A stretch of 64,000 nucleotides of DNA, taken from the NCBI GenBank assembly GCA_963664225.1, contig OY760937.1, forward strand, positions 2,528,001 through 2,592,000. The letters run 5' to 3'. A program made the translations under genes and the position numbers. The notes beneath the pieces are model-generated. The model worked only from the letters and a program-made list of their open reading frames with translations, was not told the DNA's origin and did not search any database. Source of the DNA: Verrucomicrobiia bacterium. Lineage in GTDB: Bacteria > Verrucomicrobiota > Verrucomicrobiia > Limisphaerales > UBA1319. Shown here one piece after another: positions 42,192 through 51,937 of the stretch (positions are counted from its first letter, which is position 1; the number at the start of each line of letters is the position of its first letter).

Positions 42192-44597
42192 CTAGTGCAT
42201 CAGGGCCTGGCGGACTTTGTCGGCCAGGACTTCCCTGGTGAAAGGTTTTTGGAGGAAGTGAATGCCTTCCTCCAGAATGCCGTTGTGGGCGATGATGTCG
42301 GCGGTGTAGCCGGACATGAAGAGGCGCTTGAGGCCCGGGTGGAGCGAGAGCAGGCATTTGGCGAGGTCCTGTCCGTTCATTTCGGGCATGATCACGTCGG
42401 TGATCAAGAGGTGGATTTCTCCGGCGTGCCCGCTGGCCAGGCGGACGGCTTCGCCCGGGGTGCCGGCGGTGAGGACGGTGTAGCCCAGGCTTTCGAGGAC
42501 GCGCCTGCCGATAATCAAGATGGACGGTTCGTCCTCGACCAGGAGGATGGTCTCGAGACCGCGCACCGTCGGCACGGCTGGGCCTTCCCTGTGAATCGGC
42601 GGGGCTTCTTCGGCATGGCGCGGCACATGCAATTTGAAGGTTGTGCCGCAGCCCGGTTTGCTTTCGACATTAATGAATGCGTGATTTTGTTTTACGATGC
42701 CGTAAACGGTGGCCAACCCGAGACCCGTGCCTTTGCCAACGTCCTTGGTGGTGAAAAACGGCTCAAAGAGGTGCGTCAGCACTTCTTTATCCATGCCGCA
42801 ACCGTCATCGCTGAATGCGAGTGTCACATAATCGCCAGGGACAATGTCGGTGTGGGTTTGGCAATAGGCCTGGTCGATGGTGACGTTTTCTGTCTTGAGG
42901 GTGATTTTGCCCACGCCGCCGATGGCGTCCCGGGCGTTGAGGCAGAGGTTGGCGAGCACCTGGCCAACCTGGCCGGGATCGGCCTTGATCGGCCAGAGGC
43001 CCGTGGCGGGGTGCCACTCCAGGTCGATGTCCCCGCCGATGATCCCCCGCAGCATCTTGAGCATGGATTCCAGAGTCTCGTTGAGGTCCAGGATCTTGGG
43101 CGAGGCGATTTGTTTGCGGGCGAAGGCCAGAAGCTGGCGGGTGAGGTCCGCCGAGCGCCGGGCGCATTTTTCGATTTCCGCGAGGTTCTCACGATGCGGG
43201 CTGTCCGGCGGGAGGTCCTCGATGACCATGGCCGCGTTTCCCTGGATGACGGTGAGCATGCTGTTAAAATCGTGGGCCACACCGCCTGCCAGACGTCCGA
43301 CGGATTCCATTTTCTGCGCCTGGGTCAACTTCTCCTGGAGTTTCTCACGCTCTTCCTGCGAGTGTTTGATGTCTTGAATGTCCGTGCAGGTGCCAAACCA
43401 TTTAAGGATGCCTCCCTTTTCATCCAAAACAGGGACGCCGCGAATCAGCCACCAGCGATAAACGCCGTCCCGCCGGCGTAATCTGCATTCGAGCGAGTAG
43501 GTGGCATTGTTTGTGACTGCGTTCTGCCAGGCATCCCAGGCGCGTTGCTGGTCGTCGGGGTGGAAAGGTATGTTCCAGCCATGACCGTGGCTTTCTTCGG
43601 GTGTGAGTCCTGTGTATTCGAACCACTGTCGGTTGAAATAAATGTTCCAGCCATCGGCCCGGGTCGCCCAGACAATCTGGGGCATGGCCTCGGCCAGCAA
43701 ATGAAACTCCTTTTCGCTGGAAGCCAGCGCCTCCCCGGCCTGGACGCGTTCCGTGATGTCCTGGATGGTGCCGATCATGGCAACGATTTTTCCATCCGCG
43801 TCGAAACTGGTCTCTCCCAATCCATTGACCCACCGGACTTCGCCGTCGGACTTGCGGAGGATGCGGTATTCTTTATTGAATGGCCTGCGTTTCGCGATGA
43901 CTTCCTCTTTCAAGTAGCGGTCCATCATCTCCCGGTCATCCGGATGGGTGATGTCCAGCCAGCCGGGAACGCTCCTGACGTAGTTCTTGTCGATGCCGAA
44001 TATCTGGTCGAGGACTTCGGACGATTCCCAAAAACCCGCGACAAAGTCGGTTTTATAGGAACCAATAAATGCGACACGCTGCGATTCCTTGAAGAAGAAC
44101 TCGCTGTCCCGCAGGGCCTTCTCGGCCTGACTGCGCGAGGCCAGCTCCTCTTCCAGCTTCCGGGTGCGTTCGGCCACGAGCGCGGCGAGTTGGTCTTTCT
44201 CGAGGCGCTGCAGGCGATTTGCGGCCTTGATCCTGGCCATGACCCGAAGCTGGGCGAGCAATTCCACCTCATCCAGGGGCTTGGGGAGAAAGCCTTCGGC
44301 ACCGGCGTCCAAGGCCTGGATGCGGCTATCACGGTCGGTTATCAGGCCGGTGAGAAACACCACGGGAATGGACTGGAGGCGGTCGTCCTCCTTGAGTTCG
44401 CGGCAAACAGAAAACCCGTCCATGCCTGGCATCAGGATATCGAGCAGGACGACGTCTGGGTCCTCGGCGCGGGCCAGGGCGACTCCCTCGGGGCCACTCA
44501 AAGCGGTCAGGATTTCGGTCCCGGGCAACGCACCCCCCACGGCAGCCTTCAACATGATCAGGTCATTCGGGCTGTCGTCAATGGCGAGTATCTTCAT
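42192..44597 (-). CDS. Hybrid histidine kinase REC-PAS-PAS-HisKA-HATPase-REC
   Basis: N-terminal REC (LLDILMPGMDG), two PAS_3 domains (HPDD), GVAHDFN, GTGLGL, C-terminal REC. Confidence 0.93.
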   Translation of the reverse strand: MKILAIDDSPNDLIMLKAAVGGALPGTEILTALSGPEGVALARAEDPDVVLLDILMPGMDGFSVCRELKEDDRLQSIPVVFLTGLITDRDSRIQALDAGAEGFLPKPLDEVELLAQLRVMARIKAANRLQRLEKDQLAALVAERTRKLEEELASRSQAEKALRDSEFFFKESQRVAFIGSYKTDFVAGFWESSEVLDQIFGIDKNYVRSVPGWLDITHPDDREMMDRYLKEEVIAKRRPFNKEYRILRKSDGEVRWVNGLGETSFDADGKIVAMIGTIQDITERVQAGEALASSEKEFHLLAEAMPQIVWATRADGWNIYFNRQWFEYTGLTPEESHGHGWNIPFHPDDQQRAWDAWQNAVTNNATYSLECRLRRRDGVYRWWLIRGVPVLDEKGGILKWFGTCTDIQDIKHSQEEREKLQEKLTQAQKMESVGRLAGGVAHDFNSMLTVIQGNAAMVIEDLPPDSPHRENLAEIEKCARRSADLTRQLLAFARKQIASPKILDLNETLESMLKMLRGIIGGDIDLEWHPATGLWPIKADPGQVGQVLANLCLNARDAIGGVGKITLKTENVTIDQAYCQTHTDIVPGDYVTLAFSDDGCGMDKEVLTHLFEPFFTTKDVGKGTGLGLATVYGIVKQNHAFINVESKPGCGTTFKLHVPRHAEEAPPIHREGPAVPTVRGLETILLVEDEPSILIIGRRVLESLGYTVLTAGTPGEAVRLASGHAGEIHLLITDVIMPEMNGQDLAKCLLSLHPGLKRLFMSGYTADIIAHNGILEEGIHFLQKPFTREVLADKVRQALMH

Positions 44598-44943
44598 GGG
44601 ATTATTGACCAGGGATTACGGCGATACGACCATGGATGGGGCTGAGACGACGGAGGAAAGGAATTGCAGGGATGGCTGGAAAAAGCGGACACAGGATTGG
44701 AGGGACTTCATTGGTCAGATTGGTCAGCCAATTCTGGAATTGAATCATCCTCCGGGCATGGATATTGCGTTTCATCATGCTGTGATAGATGGCGACATCT
44801 TGACTTAAAACGGGGGTGGATGCAAGACAATGCGATGTGAATCGAGGAATTTCCACATATCAGGCAAGGCTGCAAAATCGATACCCATGGTCCGCGCTTG
44901 ACGTTCGTGCTCTTCGAAATATGCTCGCAGATATTACGCCTGA

Positions 44944-46349
44944 TGCATTTACGATCCAGACCCATTACGCAAGGAATCTCATTGAACATCCCGTTTTTAC
45001 CATGCCTGCTGGCCGCCCTCTGCGAGCTGTGTGTTTTCGCCGCGCAGCCTTCGCTGCCCGCGCCCAAGATGACGTTCCTGGATAATGGCGAGGTGCGCAT
45101 CGGCATGGACCTGGCGCTCGGCGGCGCGGTGACTTTCATTTCGAGCAAGGACCATCCGGGCAATATCATCAATAGCGCCGATCTGGGGCGACAGATCCAG
45201 ATGTCCCATTACTCGGGGCCCTGGCCTTATGTAGTGGGGGACAAAAAGCCGTATCCGGCGTGGGCGGGCCTGGGCTGGAATCCGATCCAGACCGGGGATT
45301 GTTACTTGAATCCATCGCGGGTGGTGGAGCACCGCAACGACGGCCGGGAACTCTATATCAAATGTATTCCCATGCAGTGGCCGCTCGAGAATGTGCCCGG
45401 CGAATGCGTTTTCGAGACCTGGACGACGCTGGATGGTCCGGTCATTCACATGCGTTACCGCTGCACCAACCAGCGCCCGGATAAGACCGTGTACCGCCCC
45501 TGCCCGCAGGAATTGCCCGCCGTTTATACCATCTCCAAGTTGTGGCGCCTGATGTCCTATACGGGCGACAAACCGTTTACCGGGGACGCGCTGACGCATG
45601 TCACAAACGATTGGCATCAGCCCTGGCCGTGGAAGCGATTCATGGGGACCGAACGCTGGGCCGCGCTGGTGGATGACCGTGATTGGGGCCTGGGTGTGTT
45701 CAAGGACGATGGCGGGGAGTTCCATGGGGGCATCCATGGGGACGGACGTTCGGACGATCCCAAGCACGGTTCCACGGCGTATGTGGCCCCGATTCATGTG
45801 GAAATGTTCGACCACAATATCGTGTATGAGCACCGCACGGAATATGTGGTGGGAACGCTCGCCGACATCCGCAAACGTTTCAACGAGATGGCCACGAAAG
45901 CCGCACCGGCCTGGCGTTTTGATAAAGACCGGCAGCACTGGACGCTGGTGAACGCCAGCGATCAGGGGTTTCCGCTGAAGGGTGAATGGCGGATCAAGTT
46001 CGACGCCAACAAGGCCGGTCTGCCGCGCCTGCAAAGCGCCCCGCGAAGCTGGCGTGCCGAGAGCGCGCCGGGCATGGATCTGGAGATGGCCTGCACCGGG
46101 GAGACCAAAGCGGTGCGGATATTCTGGAAACGTCTTGGCGACGATAATTTCGATAAGACGAAAAGCCTCACATTGAACCTGAATGCGGATGGCAAGTTCC
46201 ACAACTACCATATCTACCATATCGACCTGGCGTCATCGACCGAGTACCGCGGCCTCATTCTAGGAGTGGCGATCGAGCCAGTGGACCAACCGCGGGCGGG
46301 GGACGAGTTGGTCATCAAATCGATTAAGATGTCAGCCACGCGAAAGTAA
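44944..46349 (+). CDS. Secreted hypothetical protein, possibly carbohydrate-active
   Basis: Long ORF with host-like codon use and an N-terminal hydrophobic segment; start uncertain. Confidence 0.7.
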
Positions 46350-47732
46350 ATGGCTCATCTCCCAAACAAGTTCATGAAAAAGCATCATACCGATTGGCGG
46401 CGGTCCGCGCTGGGTTCCTTTTTGGGCGCCTTGTTTATTGCCATGGCGGCCCAGACCACGAATGCTGTAAATGCCGCACAACCTGCCGAGGATTATGCGA
46501 ATTTCACCGCGGACGGGGGCTGGTGCTGGTTTTCCGATCCGCGCGCTGTCACGCGGGACGGAAAATCCTATGCGGGTTGGGTGACGGAGAATGGCTCGGT
46601 CCAGGCGGGCGTGCTCGATCCTCGAAGCGGGAGAGTCACGACTGTGAACCTGCATTCGCAATACGAACGGGACGATCACGACGCCCCGTCGTTTCTCTTC
46701 CTACCGGATGGGCGGCTCATGGCGTTTTATTCAAAACACGGCGGGCCGGAAATGAACGCCCGGGTGACCGTGCGCCCCGGGGATATGAGCGAGTGGGAGG
46801 CGGAACGTGTTCTGGACATCAGCGCCAGGCCGCGTCCACGCCAGACCATCACCTATTCGAACCCGATGATGCTCTCCGATGAAAGCAACGCCATTTATCT
46901 CTTCTGGCGTGGAGACACCTGGAAACCGACCTTCAGCAAATCCATGGACAGCGGCCAGACCTGGACCCCGGGACAAGTCGTCACCGCGCGGCCGGGCGCG
47001 GGCGGCAACAATCGTCCCTATGCGAAGTATGCGTCCAATGGCAAAGACCGGATTCACATCATCTTTACCGATGGGCATCCCCGGGATGAAGCGCAGAACA
47101 GTGTCTATTACGCGTGTTATCGCAACGGCGCATTTTATAAGGCTGACGGCACGCGGATTGCCGGGATGGACCAACTGCCGTTCACCCCTGAACAGGCGGA
47201 CTGTGTGTATGACGCGAAGAAGGCGGGAATACGCGCCTGGGTCTATGACGTGGCGGCGGACAAGGATAATCGTCCGGTGATTGCCTACACGCGTCTGCCC
47301 GCTGAGACTGATCATCGGTATCACTACGCGCGCTGGGACGGAACGAAGTGGCTGGACAAGGAAATGTGTTCGGGCGGCAGGTGGTTTCCGCAGACAACGC
47401 CCGGAAAGGTTGAATCCGAACCGCACTACTCCGGCGGGTTGGCGCTGGATCCTGCCAACCCTTCCGTGGTGTATTTGTCGCGTCCGGTTTCAGGCGTGCG
47501 CGAGATTGAAAAGTGGGTAACCCGTGACGACGGCACCACGTGGCAAACCAATGCCGTCACCACACACTCGAAGTTCGACAACATCCGTCCGGTGGTCGTG
47601 CGCAACGCCGCCCCCGATGGCCCGACCGTGCTTTGGCTCAATATCGACGGGCGCTATCGGCATTACACCGATTATCAGGTGGCGGTGAAAATGGATCGTC
47701 CGGCGAAAGTGGTCAGCGAACCAGCCCGGTAA
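46350..47732 (+). CDS. Secreted BNR-4 repeat / sialidase-like protein
   Basis: GGWCWF.DPRA, DDHDAP, Asp-boxes SMDSGQTW and TRDDGTTW. Confidence 0.85.
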   Translation: MAHLPNKFMKKHHTDWRRSALGSFLGALFIAMAAQTTNAVNAAQPAEDYANFTADGGWCWFSDPRAVTRDGKSYAGWVTENGSVQAGVLDPRSGRVTTVNLHSQYERDDHDAPSFLFLPDGRLMAFYSKHGGPEMNARVTVRPGDMSEWEAERVLDISARPRPRQTITYSNPMMLSDESNAIYLFWRGDTWKPTFSKSMDSGQTWTPGQVVTARPGAGGNNRPYAKYASNGKDRIHIIFTDGHPRDEAQNSVYYACYRNGAFYKADGTRIAGMDQLPFTPEQADCVYDAKKAGIRAWVYDVAADKDNRPVIAYTRLPAETDHRYHYARWDGTKWLDKEMCSGGRWFPQTTPGKVESEPHYSGGLALDPANPSVVYLSRPVSGVREIEKWVTRDDGTTWQTNAVTTHSKFDNIRPVVVRNAAPDGPTVLWLNIDGRYRHYTDYQVAVKMDRPAKVVSEPAR

Positions 47733-47746
47733 ACAGATTTTGCGGC

Positions 47747-48364
47747 CTACTTCTGACCCGGAGAGATGGCCTCGACCTTTTTGTTGGCTTCCTTGAGGAA
47801 GTCGGCGAACTGCGGCAGGCCATCGGCGAGGTTGGTTGTGAGGAACACATCCACGGCCTCCCTGGCCATCCAATCTCCCCAGATCATGGAGCCCATGCAG
47901 AGGGCGTTGGCGTTGTTGATCGCCCGACACATTTTGGCGGCAAAAACCGATTCGACCACCGCGGCGGTGACTCCTTTGAAGCGGTTTGCAACGATCGACA
48001 TGCCCATGCCTGTGCCGCACATGAGAATGGCACGGTCCGCTTTTCCCGCCTGCAGAGCTTTGCTGGCGGTGACACCGCACTCGAAATACGGAATCTCTTT
48101 TTCAGCCGTCGATCCGAGATCGATGATTTCGTGTCCCTTTTCCTTCAGGTATTCGGCGACGGCTTTTTTCAAGGACATTGCAAACGGGTCGGCGGCGATA
48201 ATCACTTTCATTGTATTCTTCTTCTGTTGATCGGTTGAGGACTGGTTTTCTGCGGCCTGGACGCCAGAGGTGGCTTCATGGAATCCCCATGCGCCCAATG
48301 CGGCCCCGGCGGTCAGCAGGGTTCCGGCTTCCTTGAGGAACACGCGTCGATTGGTCGGTTTCAT
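47747..48364 (-). CDS. RpiB/LacA/LacB sugar-phosphate isomerase with Tat-like N-terminal extension
   Basis: CGTGMGMSIVANRFKGV, NNANALCMG; alternative start at 48211. Confidence 0.88.
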   Translation of the reverse strand: MKPTNRRVFLKEAGTLLTAGAALGAWGFHEATSGVQAAENQSSTDQQKKNTMKVIIAADPFAMSLKKAVAEYLKEKGHEIIDLGSTAEKEIPYFECGVTASKALQAGKADRAILMCGTGMGMSIVANRFKGVTAAVVESVFAAKMCRAINNANALCMGSMIWGDWMAREAVDVFLTTNLADGLPQFADFLKEANKKVEAISPGQK

Positions 48365-48652
48365 GATGTTATAATTATGTGCAACGGTCAGAGGCTATCC
48401 CTTGCGCATGGATCGTCAAGGACTCAAACGGGGTGGCGCGGACGGCGTTGGGGTAAGAGAAAACGCCGGGTCAGGGGACCCGGCCTACAGGGCTGGAACG
48501 ATGGGATACGCCCGCACGTCGAGATTGTCGAAGAACCCGCTTGCCACACGGCGCGGGCGGATGGAAATTAGCCGCCAATGAAAGCCACGAAAATTCCATG
48601 CCCGGCCCATCGCGGAACATTCAAAAACAGCTTTTTGCTCAGGGCATTGAGC

Positions 48653-49744
48653 ATGCACCTGACGACTCTCCTCCTCGCCGTGTTGGTGTGTGTGGGCGCG
48701 GTTACGGTCCGGTCTGAACCGGCGCCGGTGCGCTATGCCATCGTGGGATTGGTTCACGATCATGCGCGCGGGTTCATCCCGGCGGCCAGCACGCGGCAGG
48801 ATATTCAGTTGGTTGCCATCGTGGAACCGGACAGGGAACTCGCGGCGCGTTACGCCAAAGAATACAAGCTAAACACCAATATTTTCTACACCACAATCGA
48901 GGAGATGCTGGACAAAGCCAATGTGCAGGCGGTGGCCACATTTACGAGCACGTTCGATCACAAGCGCGTGGTGGAGGCCTGCGCCGCGCGCGGGATTCAT
49001 GTCATGATGGAAAAGCCGCTGGCGGTGAGCATGAAGCACGCGCGCGCCATCGAAGCCGCCGCGAAGAAGGGCGGCATCCAAGTGGTGGTGAATTACGAGA
49101 CCACCTGGTACCCGGCCAACCATGCGGCGTATGCGCTGGTTCAGGACCCGGGCCAGATCGGCGATCTGCGAAAGATCGTTGTTCATGATGGGCATCAGGG
49201 GCCGAAGGAGATTGGATGTTCGGCGGCATTTTTAAATTGGCTCACCGATCCCGTGCTCAATGGCGGCGGCGCTCTCATGGATTTTGGCTGTTACGGCGCG
49301 GATCTGATCACCTGGTTGATGCAGGGACAGCGCCCCACGTCGGTCTTCGCAGTCACGCAGCAAATCAAACCGCAGGTGTATCCCAAGGTGGACGACGAGG
49401 CGACCATTGTGGTGACCTATCCGCACGCCCAGGGGATCATCCAGGCCTCGTGGAACTGGCCGTATAACCGGAAGGATATGGAGATCTATGGCGCGACCGG
49501 CTGCCTGATGATTCCCGAGAAGAACACTCTGCGGATGCGCAAAGGCAATGCCGCGGAAAAAGAGTCGCCGGTGTCGCCGCTCGCAGGACCGAACGCTGAT
49601 CCGCTCTCCTACCTCGCGGCGGTCGTGCGTGGCGAGATTAAACCTTCAGGCCTGTCCTCGCTGGAAGTGAACATGGTGGCCACGGAAATTCTGGAAGCCG
49701 CCCGCAAGTCCGCACAAACCGGCAAGCGCGTGATGTTTCATTGA
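48653..49744 (+). CDS. Gfo/Idh/MocA oxidoreductase with signal peptide
   Basis: AIVGLVH, HVMMEKPLA, GGGALMDFGCY; start uncertain. Confidence 0.9.
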   Translation: MHLTTLLLAVLVCVGAVTVRSEPAPVRYAIVGLVHDHARGFIPAASTRQDIQLVAIVEPDRELAARYAKEYKLNTNIFYTTIEEMLDKANVQAVATFTSTFDHKRVVEACAARGIHVMMEKPLAVSMKHARAIEAAAKKGGIQVVVNYETTWYPANHAAYALVQDPGQIGDLRKIVVHDGHQGPKEIGCSAAFLNWLTDPVLNGGGALMDFGCYGADLITWLMQGQRPTSVFAVTQQIKPQVYPKVDDEATIVVTYPHAQGIIQASWNWPYNRKDMEIYGATGCLMIPEKNTLRMRKGNAAEKESPVSPLAGPNADPLSYLAAVVRGEIKPSGLSSLEVNMVATEILEAARKSAQTGKRVMFH

Positions 49745-50166
49745 GAAGACTGGAAGTTAGCCGGGATGTATCTGACGATTGACTTGAAAGGTCTTAATGG
49801 CGCGTGGCGCAGGTTCTCAACATTCCGGATCGCCGACTCACAGTCAATGGGGCGCCTGATAGTTCGCTCGATTGCAGGTTGGAAACCTGCGAAACGGCAG
49901 ACTGGAAGTCTGCGCTACGGGTTGTGAAGCGCAATTTCGCTCCAGTCTGTGGAGTCCGCTGCCGACTCACAGTCAATGGGGCGCCTGATAGTTCGCTCGA
50001 TTGCAGGTTGGAAACCTGCGAAACGGCAGACTGGAAGTCTGCGCTACGGGTGGTGAAGCGCAATTTCGCTCCAGTCTGTGGAGTTCGCTGCCGACTTACA
50101 TTCCATGGAGCGTCTGATATTTCGCTCGATTGCAGGTTGGAAACCTGCGAAACGGCAGCAACGGTG

Positions 50167-51105
50167 TCATGGAGCAACACAGAATCTGGGATCTTTTAGG
50201 GCATGATTCATCAATACGATGAGTTTCCGCATCACTGCTGTCAGCGCCACTTTGGGCTTCTTGCCCGCCGCCCGCAGCCTCTTATAAAAGGCCTTGAGGA
50301 TGGAATTGCAGCGCACCGCTGCCACGGAGGCCATGTAGAGGGCGCGGCGCACCCCGGTCCGGCCGCCACCAATGTGACGCTGGCCTTCCCAAGGGCCGCT
50401 CTGGCGCACCCACGGGGCCAGCCCCGCCAGGGCTGCCGCCTGGCCCCGGTTGAGGGTTCCCAGTTCGGGCATCTGCGCCACTACCGTCACGGCCGTCAGC
50501 ATCCCCACGCCGGGAATTTCCGCCAGGCGGGTGACTTGTTTTTGCTCGACGGCGTGGCGGGCCAGGGCGGCGGTTAATTCGGCCAGCACTGCGGCCAAAC
50601 GGCTTTCCAGATGCCGTATCAGCTTGGCGTGTTCGGTGCGGACGAAGGGTGAGTCGTGGTGTTCGGCCTGATTTTTGGCGATGGTCAGGAGATCTTTGAG
50701 TTGTTCGCGCCAGGTCACCAGGGCGGTGAGCTCAGTGTGGGCTGGCGTCGGGGCGGTGGTGGCAGCGGGCTCCAGGGCCTTGCCGAAGGCGCTCAGGCTG
50801 GCAGCATCGATCGGATCGCTCTTGGCCCGCTGGCCGGTGGCGCGGGCGAAGGCACGGGTCTGGGCCGGGTTGACCACGCTGACGGGTAAACCGGCCGTGT
50901 GAAGTGCCGCCACGACGGCACGCTCATAGCCGCCAGTGGCTTCGAGGATCACGTGGGCACCGGGCACAGCACCCAGACATTGGACCAGTTGTGTGTGCCC
51001 CGCCGCATCGTTGGTCACGTCCAGGAGCCGTCCGGGAAGGTGAAGTTGGAGAGTGGCCTTGGCGACGTCCAGACCGACATGGACAGGGGCGGATTTTTCA
51101 GTCAT
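50167..51105 (-). CDS. IS110 DEDD recombinase
   Basis: Translation identical to copy 1. Confidence 0.96.
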   Translation of the reverse strand: MTEKSAPVHVGLDVAKATLQLHLPGRLLDVTNDAAGHTQLVQCLGAVPGAHVILEATGGYERAVVAALHTAGLPVSVVNPAQTRAFARATGQRAKSDPIDAASLSAFGKALEPAATTAPTPAHTELTALVTWREQLKDLLTIAKNQAEHHDSPFVRTEHAKLIRHLESRLAAVLAELTAALARHAVEQKQVTRLAEIPGVGMLTAVTVVAQMPELGTLNRGQAAALAGLAPWVRQSGPWEGQRHIGGGRTGVRRALYMASVAAVRCNSILKAFYKRLRAAGKKPKVALTAVMRKLIVLMNHALKDPRFCVAP

Positions 51106-51114
51106 AATATTAAA

Positions 51115-51340
51115 GTTGTTCGGACTCATTCTTGCAAATACGAGCTGGCGTTGTAACACGCCGCTCTGGTAACGGTTCGAGTTTCGGACAAAGGCGAGCG
51201 CGATTCATGCTGCCGTACGGTCTGGCTTTCACCAGACCAAGATTGGAACGAACACGCGTCCGCCGTCCCTTCCCCGCCTGCAGGCGGGGAAGGGACACCA
51301 CTTCTTTCTTGTTCAACGCGAACCAACAAACAAGTGGCAA
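51115..51340 (-). ncRNA. Putative bridge RNA of IS110 copy 2
   Basis: Same sequence as the copy 1 left end. Confidence 0.8.
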
Positions 51341-51702
51341 ATTCAAACATACAAGACTGGAAGTCTGCGCTACGGGTGGTGAAGCGCAATTTCGTTCCAG
51401 TCTGTGGAGTCCGCTGCCGACTCACAGTCAATGGGGCGTTTGATAGTTCGCTCGATTGCAGGTTGGAAACCTGCGAAACGGCAGACTGGAAGTCTGCGCT
51501 ACATGGAAAAGGTTTTGCGATTCCTGCCGGGACTGTAAGTTTGAGACGGTTCGCAGATTGGCAATCTGCGATACAGCAGCTTAGGCAAGCTGCGCTACGA
51601 ACTGCGGTGACGGCGCGCAGAGGACTGCACGCCCTACCACGAGCGAAACGGCGGTCGCGAACCGGAGAAGTTTGTTCGGTGCATTGAAAATTTGAAAAGG
51701 CC

Positions 51703-51870
51703 GGAAGTTAGCGGGGCTGTTTCTGACGATTGACTTGAAAGGTCTTAATGGCGCGTGGCGCAGGTTCTCAACATTCCGGACTGCCGACTCACAGTCAATG
51801 GGGCGCCTGATAGTTCGCTCGATTGCAGGTTGGAAACCTGCGAGACGGCGGACTGGAAGTCTGCGCTACG
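51703..51870. repeat. About 170-bp near-duplicate of 49752-49919 (leader plus one REP unit)
   Basis: Shared tctgacgattgacttgaaaggtcttaatggcgcgtggcgcaggttctcaacattccgga and following unit. Confidence 0.88.
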
Positions 51871-51937
51871 TATTTTAGTTCCATAGCGCGGCCAGATTTT
51901 TCTCGAAACGTTTTGCGCCTGGCGTAGGGTGTCTCGC

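Larger units (their letters stand above)
50159..51355 (-). mobile_element. IS110-family element, copy 2
   Basis: Same sequence and same insertion point as copy 1, offset 9235 bp. Confidence 0.95.
49832..51501. repeat. Tandem array of 129-bp REP-like units, the third interrupted by IS110
   Basis: Unit starts at 49832, 49961, 50090 and 51416 (=50090+129+1197). Confidence 0.93.

Noticed and set aside
49794..50199. ORFs over the 129-bp repeats on both strands
   Set aside because: Translations of REP units (SADFQSAVSQVSNLQ), a typical spurious product.
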